NCBI GenBank assembly: GCA_937974295.1
Contig: CALBWN010000060.1
Location: forward strand, 6,728-70,727
Length of the DNA stretch: 64,000 nucleotides
Reading direction: 5' to 3'
Source of the DNA: an uncultured Candidatus Saccharibacteria bacterium
GTDB taxonomy: Bacteria > Patescibacteriota > Saccharimonadia > Saccharimonadales > Saccharimonadaceae
Under the pieces are notes generated by a model. The model had not been told where the DNA came from. It saw nothing but the letters and a program-made list of their open reading frames with translations, and did no database searches. How positions within the stretch are numbered: the stretch's first letter is position 1; every line of letters starts with the position of its first letter. Positions 56,128 through 64,000 of the stretch are shown here, piece after piece. Made by a program: the position numbers and the translations under genes.

Positions 56128-56745
56128 ATGACGGAAAAACATTCGGCGTCTCTCGGTGCAAGAGAAGAGACACCAGCATCACTCCCACCACGGCAGCCTG
56201 AGCATCTCTTGACGCAGCCAATCACGACGGATGGCACGCCACAAGAGCGTGCAACTCATCCCGATACACACAGCATTCCCAAGCGCCAAGATGTGCCACG
56301 CCACCGGTGGAATGTACTGCGCAGCAGCGGCCAGCTCGACGAAGGGTGGATTGATAGAGAGATTATTACCGAAGATGGCGTAACGCTAGTGCGGATGACT
56401 AAGCTAGTCAACCGAAGCAACATCCACCAGCTCGAGAAATGTGTACCGCTCGCGGTGCTACAGGAGCAAAACATTGACTTCACCAATGCATATCTGCAAA
56501 GAGCCTATGGCATGACGATGAAGGATGGCAGGCTGCAACCCTCTGCTGATACCACTCATGCTACTCATCAGGATGACTCAACCGAGCAAGAAACAGAGGT
56601 GCTGCCTGCTCAAGGTGGTGATACACACGAGCACCTTGATGGGGATGATGCGCGCCAATTAGTTGGAAGCGTGGCAGCAAAAGCGAGTGACGGAGAAGTG
56701 GATAATAGCCCACTAGTGCGGCGGGCGCTTGAGCGTATAAGATAA
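56128..56745 (+). CDS. Orphan hypothetical protein with V.RSSG..D.GW module
   Basis: 205-aa ORF, TGGTATTAT 6 nt upstream of ATG. Confidence 0.7.
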   Translation: MTEKHSASLGAREETPASLPPRQPEHLLTQPITTDGTPQERATHPDTHSIPKRQDVPRHRWNVLRSSGQLDEGWIDREIITEDGVTLVRMTKLVNRSNIHQLEKCVPLAVLQEQNIDFTNAYLQRAYGMTMKDGRLQPSADTTHATHQDDSTEQETEVLPAQGGDTHEHLDGDDARQLVGSVAAKASDGEVDNSPLVRRALERIR

Positions 56746-56938
56746 TACGCAGCTTATTCCAAAGGGCAGCAATAACTGGAATCACTAGTGTCAAAGCCCT
56801 TGCTTCTCAGGCCAGAGACTGGCCGAAAATGATGAGTATGTCGTTTGTAGCTGTAATACAAAGCGTGTCGTTGCTAAAAGTATGGGCCGCCTATTGATAG
56901 CAAGCACCAAGCTCGCTCTGGGTTACCGTCAAAATAAG

Positions 56939-56966
56939 AAAACCACCTCGATTATGAGGTGGTTTT
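56939..56966 (-). terminator. Intrinsic terminator after rpmA
   Basis: AAAACCACCTC/GAGGTGGTTTT. Confidence 0.8.
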
Positions 56967-56986
56967 GCGTTTGTGCTATAAAACAC

Positions 56987-57265
56987 TTACGCTGCGCTAA
57001 CACACACCTGGGTGCGTGGCTGGGTCTTGCCAGTGAAGGTAGACTTCTTGACCTTCTTGAAGCTGACGACACCACTGTGAGCGGCGTGGATGGTGTAGTT
57101 GCGGCTCATGTATGTGCCAGGGCCGGCGATCTTCGTAGCGCCTGTCTGGCGAACGAGGACTTCACCAGCGTTAACCTGCTGGCCACCGAAGCGCTTGACG
57201 CCAAGGCGCGCCCCAGCGTTATTGTGGACGTTCTTGCTTGAGCCACCTGCTTTGACTTTTGACAT
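56987..57265 (-). CDS. rpmA: 50S ribosomal protein L27
   Basis: KAGGSSKN..RLGVKRFGGQ.V.AG.VLVRQ..G..F. Confidence 0.95.
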   Translation of the reverse strand: MSKVKAGGSSKNVHNNAGARLGVKRFGGQQVNAGEVLVRQTGATKIAGPGTYMSRNYTIHAAHSGVVSFKKVKKSTFTGKTQPRTQVCVSAA

Positions 57266-57457
57266 ATCACTCCTTTAGCTAATATAAACAATCTATACGA
57301 TTATACGTGAGGGCGTGGGCGAAGTCAAGCGGCGAGAGGATGAGATCGCACCATCTCGCTGCGTGGCGCTTGCTTTGGCGGCCGCGCCGGCCAGGCAGAT
57401 ATTGGCCAGCTGGCGCTATGGTGGTATAATAGGTGCACTACCAAATACAATAACGAT

Positions 57458-57818
57458 ATGAAGAAGGGAGTGATGATGGAAGGACGATATGGAGGAATGG
57501 GGTGGGATAATGATGCATCCCCAGTCGGTGGCTTGGACCTGGAAGAAAATTTGGGGGAGATAAGAAGAGAGATACGAGAAGCTGGTGGCTCCACTGCAGA
57601 GCGGGCAGCAGGGCTTTCACCTGAGCAGCTTGCTCAGGCGGGTCAGACCCTAGAAGAGGCTCGACGGTATTTTCATGGGGGGGCTTGATGCCTTACATGA
57701 TTTTATGCGCACGCTTTCTCCTGAGCAGCAAGCAGCGCTTCACCAAGGTATAATATCTTTATTTGAAAAAGCTGCCGACAAGCTGCAGGCCACAAAGGGT
57801 GCAATCACTCCACAATAA
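57458..57818 (+). pseudogene. Hypothetical protein interrupted at a G7 tract (57677-57683)
   Basis: Removing one G extends ...YFHGG to LDALHDFMRTLSPEQQAALHQ...ITPQ (TAA 57816-57818). LSPEQ occurs on both sides of the tract. Confidence 0.6.
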
Positions 57819-57963
57819 ATAACTATCAAAAAGTTTCTCACTACCAGAGTGGTATAAAGAACCTCAGCATGATATACCTGAGGTTCTTTGCTTTTTGTAA
57901 CTGTTAGCATGCAGAAGAAATACATGCCTGCTGGATGACCAGAATGAGTTTCACTCCCCAAGG

Positions 57964-59175
57964 TTATTTCATTACTTCCATCACCAACAACTCCCGCGCT
58001 ACCACTTGGTTCTCGCGGTAATAACAGAGGTCGGTGGGGCGAATATGCTGGAGTGGACGGCGCTGGTATCCCAGTTGCTTTAGCTGGGTGATGAGTGGCA
58101 GGTGAGTAAACTGCCCGTCGCTGCCGCGCCAAGCCGGCACCGCGATGACTAGTGGTGTGCCAGAGCGCAGCTGGGGGTGAAGATTAGTGAGAAAATGGCT
58201 GATGATATGGTTGCAGGTGGTACGCACAGCGCTAAGCTTGGCCGGAGCGGGTGGGGCAGAGAAGGGCTGGCCTAGGTATGTCTCACAGACAACGGCGCTG
58301 AGCTGCTGGGCAAGTGGCCACTGATGGGTAGTGGCATCGGCTTGAGTAAAGCTATGCACCGCGCCAGGAGCAGCCGCAGCAGAGCGGTGCTGCAGCCAGG
58401 TGAGGTTCTCGCTGGTGTAGCTGACCATCTTGGGGTTCAGATCGCTGCCGCACACATCGTAGCCCAGGAGGAGTGCCTCTTGCAGGACAGTGCCAGTGCC
58501 GCAGAAGGGGTCAAGCAGTATAGGGCGCGGCGCTGGCTGCTTGGCGGCGAGAGAGGATTGCACCAGTGGCTCAGTCATATTGACCATCATGCGGGCGAGC
58601 TTGGGTGGCAGCATACCGACGAAGGCGTCGGTGCGCGGGCGAGCTTGGTCGCGTGCGGCCAGGGCAGAAATATTTTGCGCGCCAACACTCTCCGCCACAA
58701 TAACCCGTCCATCCTGGGCTCGCACTACCAGCAGCTCAATGTGGTGGGGCGAGCGGCCAAGCTTGTTGTGGTGGCTCGTAGCAGTATTGAGCGCTGGAGC
58801 GGCATTAGGAACAAGGCGCAGGCTCGTGCTAGTTGCGCGCAATTTTGTCTTGAGAATAAGGCCAGTCTTTTGCACCTCGCGGGCGCTAACAGAGAAGCCA
58901 TAGGCGCTCATACCCAGCGTAATCTTGTGCGATGCGCCCTGCCACCGCGCGCTATAGTAACGGACAATCTGCCGACTCACCGCCAGCCAGTTACCGCGCA
59001 GCTCTAACACCACCCGGCCCGCCTTTTGGCTGCCACCCAGGCGCTCAAAGGCGAAAGTATCAGAGGTAATAGTAGCGGCCTGCGCACCAAACCAACGCAC
59101 CGCCGCCGCGCCATACAAACACTCTAGCTCCGCCACACCCAGGGCCGGCTGCCGGCCAAGAATTGCAATATACAT
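57964..59175 (-). CDS. TRM11/THUMP-like SAM-dependent RNA methyltransferase
   Basis: GMLPPKLARMMVN..LLDPFCGTGTVLQEA..GSDL. Start MYIAILGRQ. Confidence 0.88.
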   Translation of the reverse strand: MYIAILGRQPALGVAELECLYGAAAVRWFGAQAATITSDTFAFERLGGSQKAGRVVLELRGNWLAVSRQIVRYYSARWQGASHKITLGMSAYGFSVSAREVQKTGLILKTKLRATSTSLRLVPNAAPALNTATSHHNKLGRSPHHIELLVVRAQDGRVIVAESVGAQNISALAARDQARPRTDAFVGMLPPKLARMMVNMTEPLVQSSLAAKQPAPRPILLDPFCGTGTVLQEALLLGYDVCGSDLNPKMVSYTSENLTWLQHRSAAAAPGAVHSFTQADATTHQWPLAQQLSAVVCETYLGQPFSAPPAPAKLSAVRTTCNHIISHFLTNLHPQLRSGTPLVIAVPAWRGSDGQFTHLPLITQLKQLGYQRRPLQHIRPTDLCYYRENQVVARELLVMEVMK

Positions 59176-59348
59176 ATGCCTAGTATAGCGCAAAAGCGGG
59201 TGAGAATGGATAGGTGATGGCACGAACGGTATATTACATATAGGTAGCCGACCACTCTCAAGCTTGCACGACAAGCTTTCATACTCAGTCTGATTAAAGC
59301 ATTAGAAAAGGTTCGCCTCGCTGCTTCGTGGTATAATATACCCTAGCT

Positions 59349-60422
59349 ATGCAGAAATATATCAAAAAAATGAAACAGCTGTCCTTCCGCACCTGGCTGA
59401 GTATTATGACGTTTGTGCTGATTGCCTTGATTCTATTCTTGTCGCGGCACGAGCTTCTCCAGGCGTGGCGGTTGCTGCAGCAGGTCAATATATGGGTGTT
59501 GATTGCCGTCTTCCCGGTGGCGGCGCTGGGGTACTTGGCAGCGGGTGAGATGATCTTCTCGTATTTGCGGCAAAAAGGTTTCGTGCGCGATGTGAGCCCC
59601 TTTGCGTTGATGCGCTTGTCGCTGGAGCTGAACTTCGTCAACCATGCCTTTCCCAGTGGAGGCCTCAGTGGTATATCATACGCCAACTGGCGCCTGCGCA
59701 AATACGGTGTCTCGACGGGGCGCGGCACGATGGCTCAGATGGTGCGCTACGTAATGGGCTTTGTGGCGGTGGTGCTGTTCTTGGCAGTGGCGGTGGTAAT
59801 AGTGACGATCGATAGCGGCGTGAACCGCTGGATTATCCTGATGAGTGGAGGGCTGGTGTTTTGCCTGACGATGATCACGCTACTGGGAGTATATTTGCTG
59901 ACGAGCCAACAGCGACTACACAAGGCGGCACATCAGATTACGCTGACAATCAACGGCTTCGCGCGGCGCATCCTGCGGCGCACAAAGCCAGTGATGGACG
60001 AAGCTGCGGTGCGGCGCTACTGCGATGACCTCCACACCGACTTCCTCGAGCTGCGGCGCGACAAGAAGCTGCTGTGGCAGCCCTTCGTCTGGAGTATTGT
60101 CTTTACGATTATGGAGATTTTGCCCTTCTGGATGACCTTCCAGTCGCTGGGGGTATCAGTTAATCCTGCATCAATTCTCATCGCTTATGGTGTGGCCACG
60201 ACAATGGCGGTGGTCGTCGCTACCCCTGGTGGAGCTGGTGCGTATGAGGCGGTCATGGTGGGGATCTTGGCACTCTCGGGTGTGAGCCAGGGCCAAGCCA
60301 TCGCTGGGACGATGCTCTACCGCGTGATTGCTATCGTTACCACACTGGTGTTTGGCTATGCATTTTACCAACTAACTATCATGCGCTATGGACGCGACAA
60401 ACCTCCCACCACTGAGCGTTAG
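59349..60422 (+). CDS. Lysylphosphatidylglycerol synthase TM-domain (flippase-like, UPF0104) protein
   Basis: FVNHAFPSGG..TPGGAGAYE..LYR. Many TM helices. Confidence 0.88.
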   Translation: MQKYIKKMKQLSFRTWLSIMTFVLIALILFLSRHELLQAWRLLQQVNIWVLIAVFPVAALGYLAAGEMIFSYLRQKGFVRDVSPFALMRLSLELNFVNHAFPSGGLSGISYANWRLRKYGVSTGRGTMAQMVRYVMGFVAVVLFLAVAVVIVTIDSGVNRWIILMSGGLVFCLTMITLLGVYLLTSQQRLHKAAHQITLTINGFARRILRRTKPVMDEAAVRRYCDDLHTDFLELRRDKKLLWQPFVWSIVFTIMEILPFWMTFQSLGVSVNPASILIAYGVATTMAVVVATPGGAGAYEAVMVGILALSGVSQGQAIAGTMLYRVIAIVTTLVFGYAFYQLTIMRYGRDKPPTTER

Positions 60423-61506
60423 CGACTTCCTTGCCTGTGCGAGCCAGGTACTGGAGGGAGCATTTCCGGTACTAACGGTCGAGGGCGAGGTGGCTAGTAT
60501 GGCAGTGCGCCAGGGGAAGTTTGTCTTTTTTGACCTCAAGGACGAGACAGGCAGCGTGAGCTGCTTTATGATGGTGTGGCAGCTCCGGGTGGCGCTGGAG
60601 GATGGCATGCAGGTGGCGGTGCAAGCCGTGCCCAAGCTCACGGCGCGCGGCAAATTCAGCCTGACCGTGCAGCAGGTGCGACCAGTCGGGCAGGGGAGTA
60701 TTAAGAAAAACTTCGAGCTGCTGCGCCAGCGCCTTGGCGCGGAGGGGCTCTTTGCTCCAGAGCGCAAGCGGCCGGTGCCCGAGTGGCCCGAGCACATTGC
60801 TGTGGTGAGCAGCCCCCAAGCGGCAGGCTATGCCGACTTTATGACGATCATTGGCCAGCGCTGGGGTGGTATGCAGGTCGATGTCTATGCAGTGCCAGTC
60901 CAGGGTGCTGGCGCAGCCGACCGGATCATCCGTGCCATTGAGCGCTGCAACCGCCAGGCAACCGTGCCGCAGGTGCTGGCGATTGTGCGCGGTGGTGGCA
61001 GCGCCGATGATTTGCAGGTTTTTAACGACGAAGCACTGGTGCGGGCGATTGCTGCAAGCCGCGTGCCAACGGTGGTCGGGGTAGGGCACGACACCGATGA
61101 GACACTGGCCGACCTTGCCGCCGACGTCCGGGCTGTGACACCAACTAACGCTGCTCAGCTTATCACACCTGATGCCACGGCAGTGCAAGCGCGGCTAGCC
61201 GAACAGTTACAGGCAATGAAGCAGACGATTATCGCCACAGTAGATGATGAGCAAGTAGCGGTGCAGCATCAGCTGGCCGAGGCTCGAGTGAAGCTAGCCA
61301 GGCAGCAGCAGGTACTCGAGCAGCAATGCACAGCACTGCAGGCCCGGCTTCGGCTGTATAACCCTGCAGCAACCCTAGCGCGTGGCTATGCCCTCGTGCG
61401 CGGCCAGGCCGCCGTCGGCCAGGCGATCACCATCGAGCGATATAGCGATATGATAACAGCGGAGGTAACCCATGTCGAACGCAAAACAACCACCAAAACC
61501 AGCTAA
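60388..61506 (+). CDS. xseA: Exodeoxyribonuclease VII large subunit
   Basis: VEGEV..FFDLKD..RGGGS.DDL..FNDE..GVGHDTD.TLADL.AD..TPT.AA. Confidence 0.95.
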   Translation: MDATNLPPLSVSDFLACASQVLEGAFPVLTVEGEVASMAVRQGKFVFFDLKDETGSVSCFMMVWQLRVALEDGMQVAVQAVPKLTARGKFSLTVQQVRPVGQGSIKKNFELLRQRLGAEGLFAPERKRPVPEWPEHIAVVSSPQAAGYADFMTIIGQRWGGMQVDVYAVPVQGAGAADRIIRAIERCNRQATVPQVLAIVRGGGSADDLQVFNDEALVRAIAASRVPTVVGVGHDTDETLADLAADVRAVTPTNAAQLITPDATAVQARLAEQLQAMKQTIIATVDDEQVAVQHQLAEARVKLARQQQVLEQQCTALQARLRLYNPAATLARGYALVRGQAAVGQAITIERYSDMITAEVTHVERKTTTKTS

Positions 61507-61891
61507 AACAACTACCACGCCCAATGCCAGCACTCGGCGCACTTCATCAGCTCCTCGGGCCAAGCGCGCCACGCTGAGCGATGACGACCAACTGGCAATG
61601 GCCCTTGCAGCAGAGGGAATCACGCCGGATTATAGTCAAACGAGCAACCCGTCGGTTGACTCATCAACATCGCCACAACCTGACCAGCAGAGCAATGCAG
61701 ATAACCGTTCACTACGTGAGCAGATGGAACAGCTGGAGGAGATCTTGGCATGGTTTGACAGTGATGAGTTTGAGCTCGAGGCGGCGGTAGAGCGCTACCA
61801 GCAGGCAGCACGCGTTGCCGAGCAGATCGACCAGCGCTTGAGAGAGATCAAAAACAAAGTAACCATCATCACAGAGGACGCAGCCGCCTGA
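61472..61891 (+). CDS. xseB: Exodeoxyribonuclease VII small subunit with long N-terminal extension
   Basis: C-terminal LEEILAWFDSDEFELEAAVERYQQA. Follows xseA. Confidence 0.8.
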   Translation: MSNAKQPPKPAKTTTTPNASTRRTSSAPRAKRATLSDDDQLAMALAAEGITPDYSQTSNPSVDSSTSPQPDQQSNADNRSLREQMEQLEEILAWFDSDEFELEAAVERYQQAARVAEQIDQRLREIKNKVTIITEDAAA

Positions 61892-62400
61892 TGATGTGGT
61901 GGGCACTGTTGGTCATCATCCTGCTGTTTTGCGTGACGGCGCTGACGGGGGCACCCTATGTGCCATCGCACCACCGCGATGTGCAGCAGGCGCTGACCAA
62001 GCTCTATCGCCTTGGGCCAGAGGATTGCTTGGTAGACATGGGCTCGGGCGATGGCGTTGTCTTAAAGATTGCCCGCCAGCAGGGCGCACGGGCCTTTGGC
62101 GTGGAGCTCAACCCGCTCCTCGTCTTGCTCTCGCGCTGGCGCTTGCGTGGTGATACTAAAGCGATGGTGGTGTGTGGTAACCTCTACCGCACGAATTTTC
62201 CAGCTGGCACCACAGTGGTCTACACCTTTGGCGACTCGCGCGACATCGCTCGGATGGCTGCCCATGTGCAGCAGCAAGCCACCCACCTGGGCACAGATCT
62301 ATGGTTCATCTCCTACGCCTTCGCCGTGCCTGGCTGGACGCCAGTGCGCGAGCAGGGTGCGCATAAGCTATATCAAGTGCGAGCAGAACAGCACAAATAG
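61891..62400 (+). CDS. Membrane-anchored class I SAM methyltransferase
   Basis: GAPYVPS..VDMGSGDG..GVELNP..ISYAFAVPGW. Confidence 0.88.
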   Translation: MMWWALLVIILLFCVTALTGAPYVPSHHRDVQQALTKLYRLGPEDCLVDMGSGDGVVLKIARQQGARAFGVELNPLLVLLSRWRLRGDTKAMVVCGNLYRTNFPAGTTVVYTFGDSRDIARMAAHVQQQATHLGTDLWFISYAFAVPGWTPVREQGAHKLYQVRAEQHK

Positions 62401-62445
62401 CATCCCGCTCTTGTCTATCGCCCCAGGCATAAGTATAATAGGGAT

Positions 62446-63111
62446 ATGACGAAGCAATCTTACAAACGACGAAGTTTTCTTAGTGGTAGCACCTTTGCCA
62501 TTATCGGGCTGGCACTGCTGGTGGTGCTCTTTGGTGGGTTTTCGGCCTGGGCCTACACTAACTATACCGAGGCCAAGAGCAACCTCGATAGCAAGATTAC
62601 CGCGGCACAAGCTGAGGCCAAGAAGACGCAAGCAGACGAAGACGAGAAGAAATTTGCCGAGCGCGAGAAGCAGCCTATGCTGCAGTTTGTTGGGCCAGAT
62701 GACTATGGCCGCCTAACTTTTGATTATCCCAAGACCTGGAGTGCTTACCAAGCCACTGATGTGAGCGAGGGTGGTGGCAAGACATATGAGGCGTACCTCA
62801 ACCCCCGTGTCGTGCCACCAATAACAGATACGCAGAAGATTGCCATTCGTATCAGCATTGAGCAAAAGATCTACGACAAAGCGGTGGCCGACTACGACAG
62901 CCAGATTAAAAAAGGCGAGCTGAAGTCGAGCGCCTGGAGCAACGACAAAGGCCTGACAGGCACGCGCCTAGAAGGGAACTTTAGCAAAGACATCCGCGGC
63001 ACCGCAGTAGTAATCAAGATGCGCGACCGGACGCTCACGGTGCGGACAGATGCCGACGTATTTAATAACGACTACGAAGCCCTGATAAAAACCATTAAAT
63101 TTAACGAATAA
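62446..63111 (+). CDS. Single-pass membrane protein with extracellular domain
   Basis: N-terminal TM, coiled segment, YGRLTFDYPKTWS motif (PsbP-like fold is possible). Confidence 0.8.
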   Translation: MTKQSYKRRSFLSGSTFAIIGLALLVVLFGGFSAWAYTNYTEAKSNLDSKITAAQAEAKKTQADEDEKKFAEREKQPMLQFVGPDDYGRLTFDYPKTWSAYQATDVSEGGGKTYEAYLNPRVVPPITDTQKIAIRISIEQKIYDKAVADYDSQIKKGELKSSAWSNDKGLTGTRLEGNFSKDIRGTAVVIKMRDRTLTVRTDADVFNNDYEALIKTIKFNE

Positions 63112-63152
63112 ATATAGAACATTGCGACGATCTGTGCTACAATGCAGCTGGT

Positions 63153-63890
63153 ATGAGCACGGAGGGGAATGCGGTTATGATGAGCGGCGCTTCCTGGGGG
63201 GAGGCGTCGCTCTTTGTTGCGGCGGCACACGACCTCAAGTCGCCACTGGCGCTGCTGCGGCAATTGGCGTTGAGCTTGGAGGCTGGGGGGCTGTCGCCCG
63301 TCGAGGTGGCCGAGCTAGCCCGGCGGATGGCACTAACCAGCGAGCGGGCCTTGCGCCTCACTACCGACTTAACGCAATCCACCCGTCTCCACGAGGAGCT
63401 ATTTGGCATCGAGCCGCTCAACTTGGCATTGGTGGCGCGCGACGTTGTGGCCGAGCTCCAACCGCTCTATGCAGCCAAGGGGCGTCGCCTAGCGGTACGT
63501 GTGCCGCGGCGGGCAGTGGTAGGTCTCGGCAACCGCGACCTCCTGCGGCGCGTTCTGTGCAACTTCGCCGACAACGCACTCCACTACAGTGGCGAGGGCG
63601 ACGCACCTGTGGTAGTGCGACTCTCCCGGCGAGCTGGCGGCCAGGTAATCCGCCTGGCGGTACGCGACTATGGTCCAGCCATTCCGCCATCGCTCTGGCA
63701 GCAATTGGAGCAGCGCCTTGGCGTCAGCGCGCAGCCGCTGCACAACCGGCCCGGCAGCAGTGGCCTCGGGCTCTACATTGCAGGGCAGTTTGCCAGTGCG
63801 ATGGAGGCGCAGATTGGAGCAGTTCGGCACCGCGATGGCGCGACCTTCTACATCGATCTCCAGGCGGTGTATCAACAGAGGTTATTATGA
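63153..63890 (+). CDS. Sensor-less cytoplasmic histidine kinase
   Basis: AHDLKSPL (H box), NFADNALHY (N box), VRDYGP, SSGLGLYIA (G box). No TM or sensor domain. Confidence 0.9.
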   Translation: MSTEGNAVMMSGASWGEASLFVAAAHDLKSPLALLRQLALSLEAGGLSPVEVAELARRMALTSERALRLTTDLTQSTRLHEELFGIEPLNLALVARDVVAELQPLYAAKGRRLAVRVPRRAVVGLGNRDLLRRVLCNFADNALHYSGEGDAPVVVRLSRRAGGQVIRLAVRDYGPAIPPSLWQQLEQRLGVSAQPLHNRPGSSGLGLYIAGQFASAMEAQIGAVRHRDGATFYIDLQAVYQQRLL

Positions 63891-64000
63891 CACAATCACC
63901 GCCGCGGGTGTTGGTCATCGACGATGATCAATGGTTTGCTGAGCTGCAGCTTGCGGCGGTGCGGCGGGCTGGTGCAGTGCCCATCTATGCGGCTGATGTG
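63887..64000 (+). CDS. Response regulator (3'-truncated; not in ORF track)
   Basis: ATG overlaps the kinase stop (ATGA). Translates MTQSPPRVLVIDDDQWFAELQ... Confidence 0.8.
   Translation, partial: MTQSPPRVLVIDDDQWFAELQLAAVRRAGAVPIYAADV

Noticed and set aside
56809..56866. Hammerhead ribozyme, or third copy of the 12.7k/16.4k element (GGCCAG-AGA-CTGGCC...TGATGAGTATGTCGT)
   Set aside because: The hammerhead core needs CTGATGA...GAAA, but here it reads ATGATGA...CAAA. Similarity to the repeat is only CTGGCCG plus a 12-mer, which can arise by chance.
1..64000. Alternative genetic code (TGA=Gly), tRNA/rRNA genes, IS elements, integron attC sites
   Set aside because: Conserved genes are full-length and several end at TGA (rseP, ftsE, xseB). 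No tRNA T-arm or cloverleaf, rRNA, transposase or integrase was recognised. The hairpins lack clear RYYYAAC/GTTRRRY ends.

Overview
Chromosomal segment of a small-genome Patescibacteria (CPR) organism, most likely Candidatus Saccharibacteria. This assignment is inferred from gene content and order: no rpmD between rpsE and rplO; no pyrH, cdsA or dxr in the rpsB-tsf-frr-uppS-rseP-proS cluster; short EF-Ts and SecA; standard code with TGA as stop. The backbone is housekeeping: rplF-rplR-rpsE-rplO, prfA, rpmE, rpsB-tsf, frr-uppS-rseP, proS, greA, lysS, uppP, serS-pyrD, hpf-secA, murD, prfB, ftsEX-CHAP-ctpA, rpmA, xseAB and a two-component pair. It is repeatedly interrupted by single, often AT-richer orphan genes with their own promoters. 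Most interesting observations: (1) a two-copy ~120-140 nt structured element (12696-12817 and 16386-16524) with a conserved core and different but base-paired outer stems, a candidate new ncRNA motif; (2) a 1301-aa Upf1/DNA2-like helicase + Vsr-like nuclease + WYL-like single-gene defence candidate inserted between prfB and ftsE; (3) orphan ADP-ribosyltransferase-like/effector-like genes, with the two-gene orphan unit behind an (AG)7 promoter spacer; (4) an unannotated 26-aa Trp-rich peptide gene with a textbook promoter and RBS; (5) pervasive leaderless-type promoter architecture; (6) surface proteins, namely a six-hairpin glycosidase-like protein and a collagen/C1q-like protein. No tRNA, rRNA, CRISPR array or transposase was recognised. 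All assignments are by eye, with no database searches.
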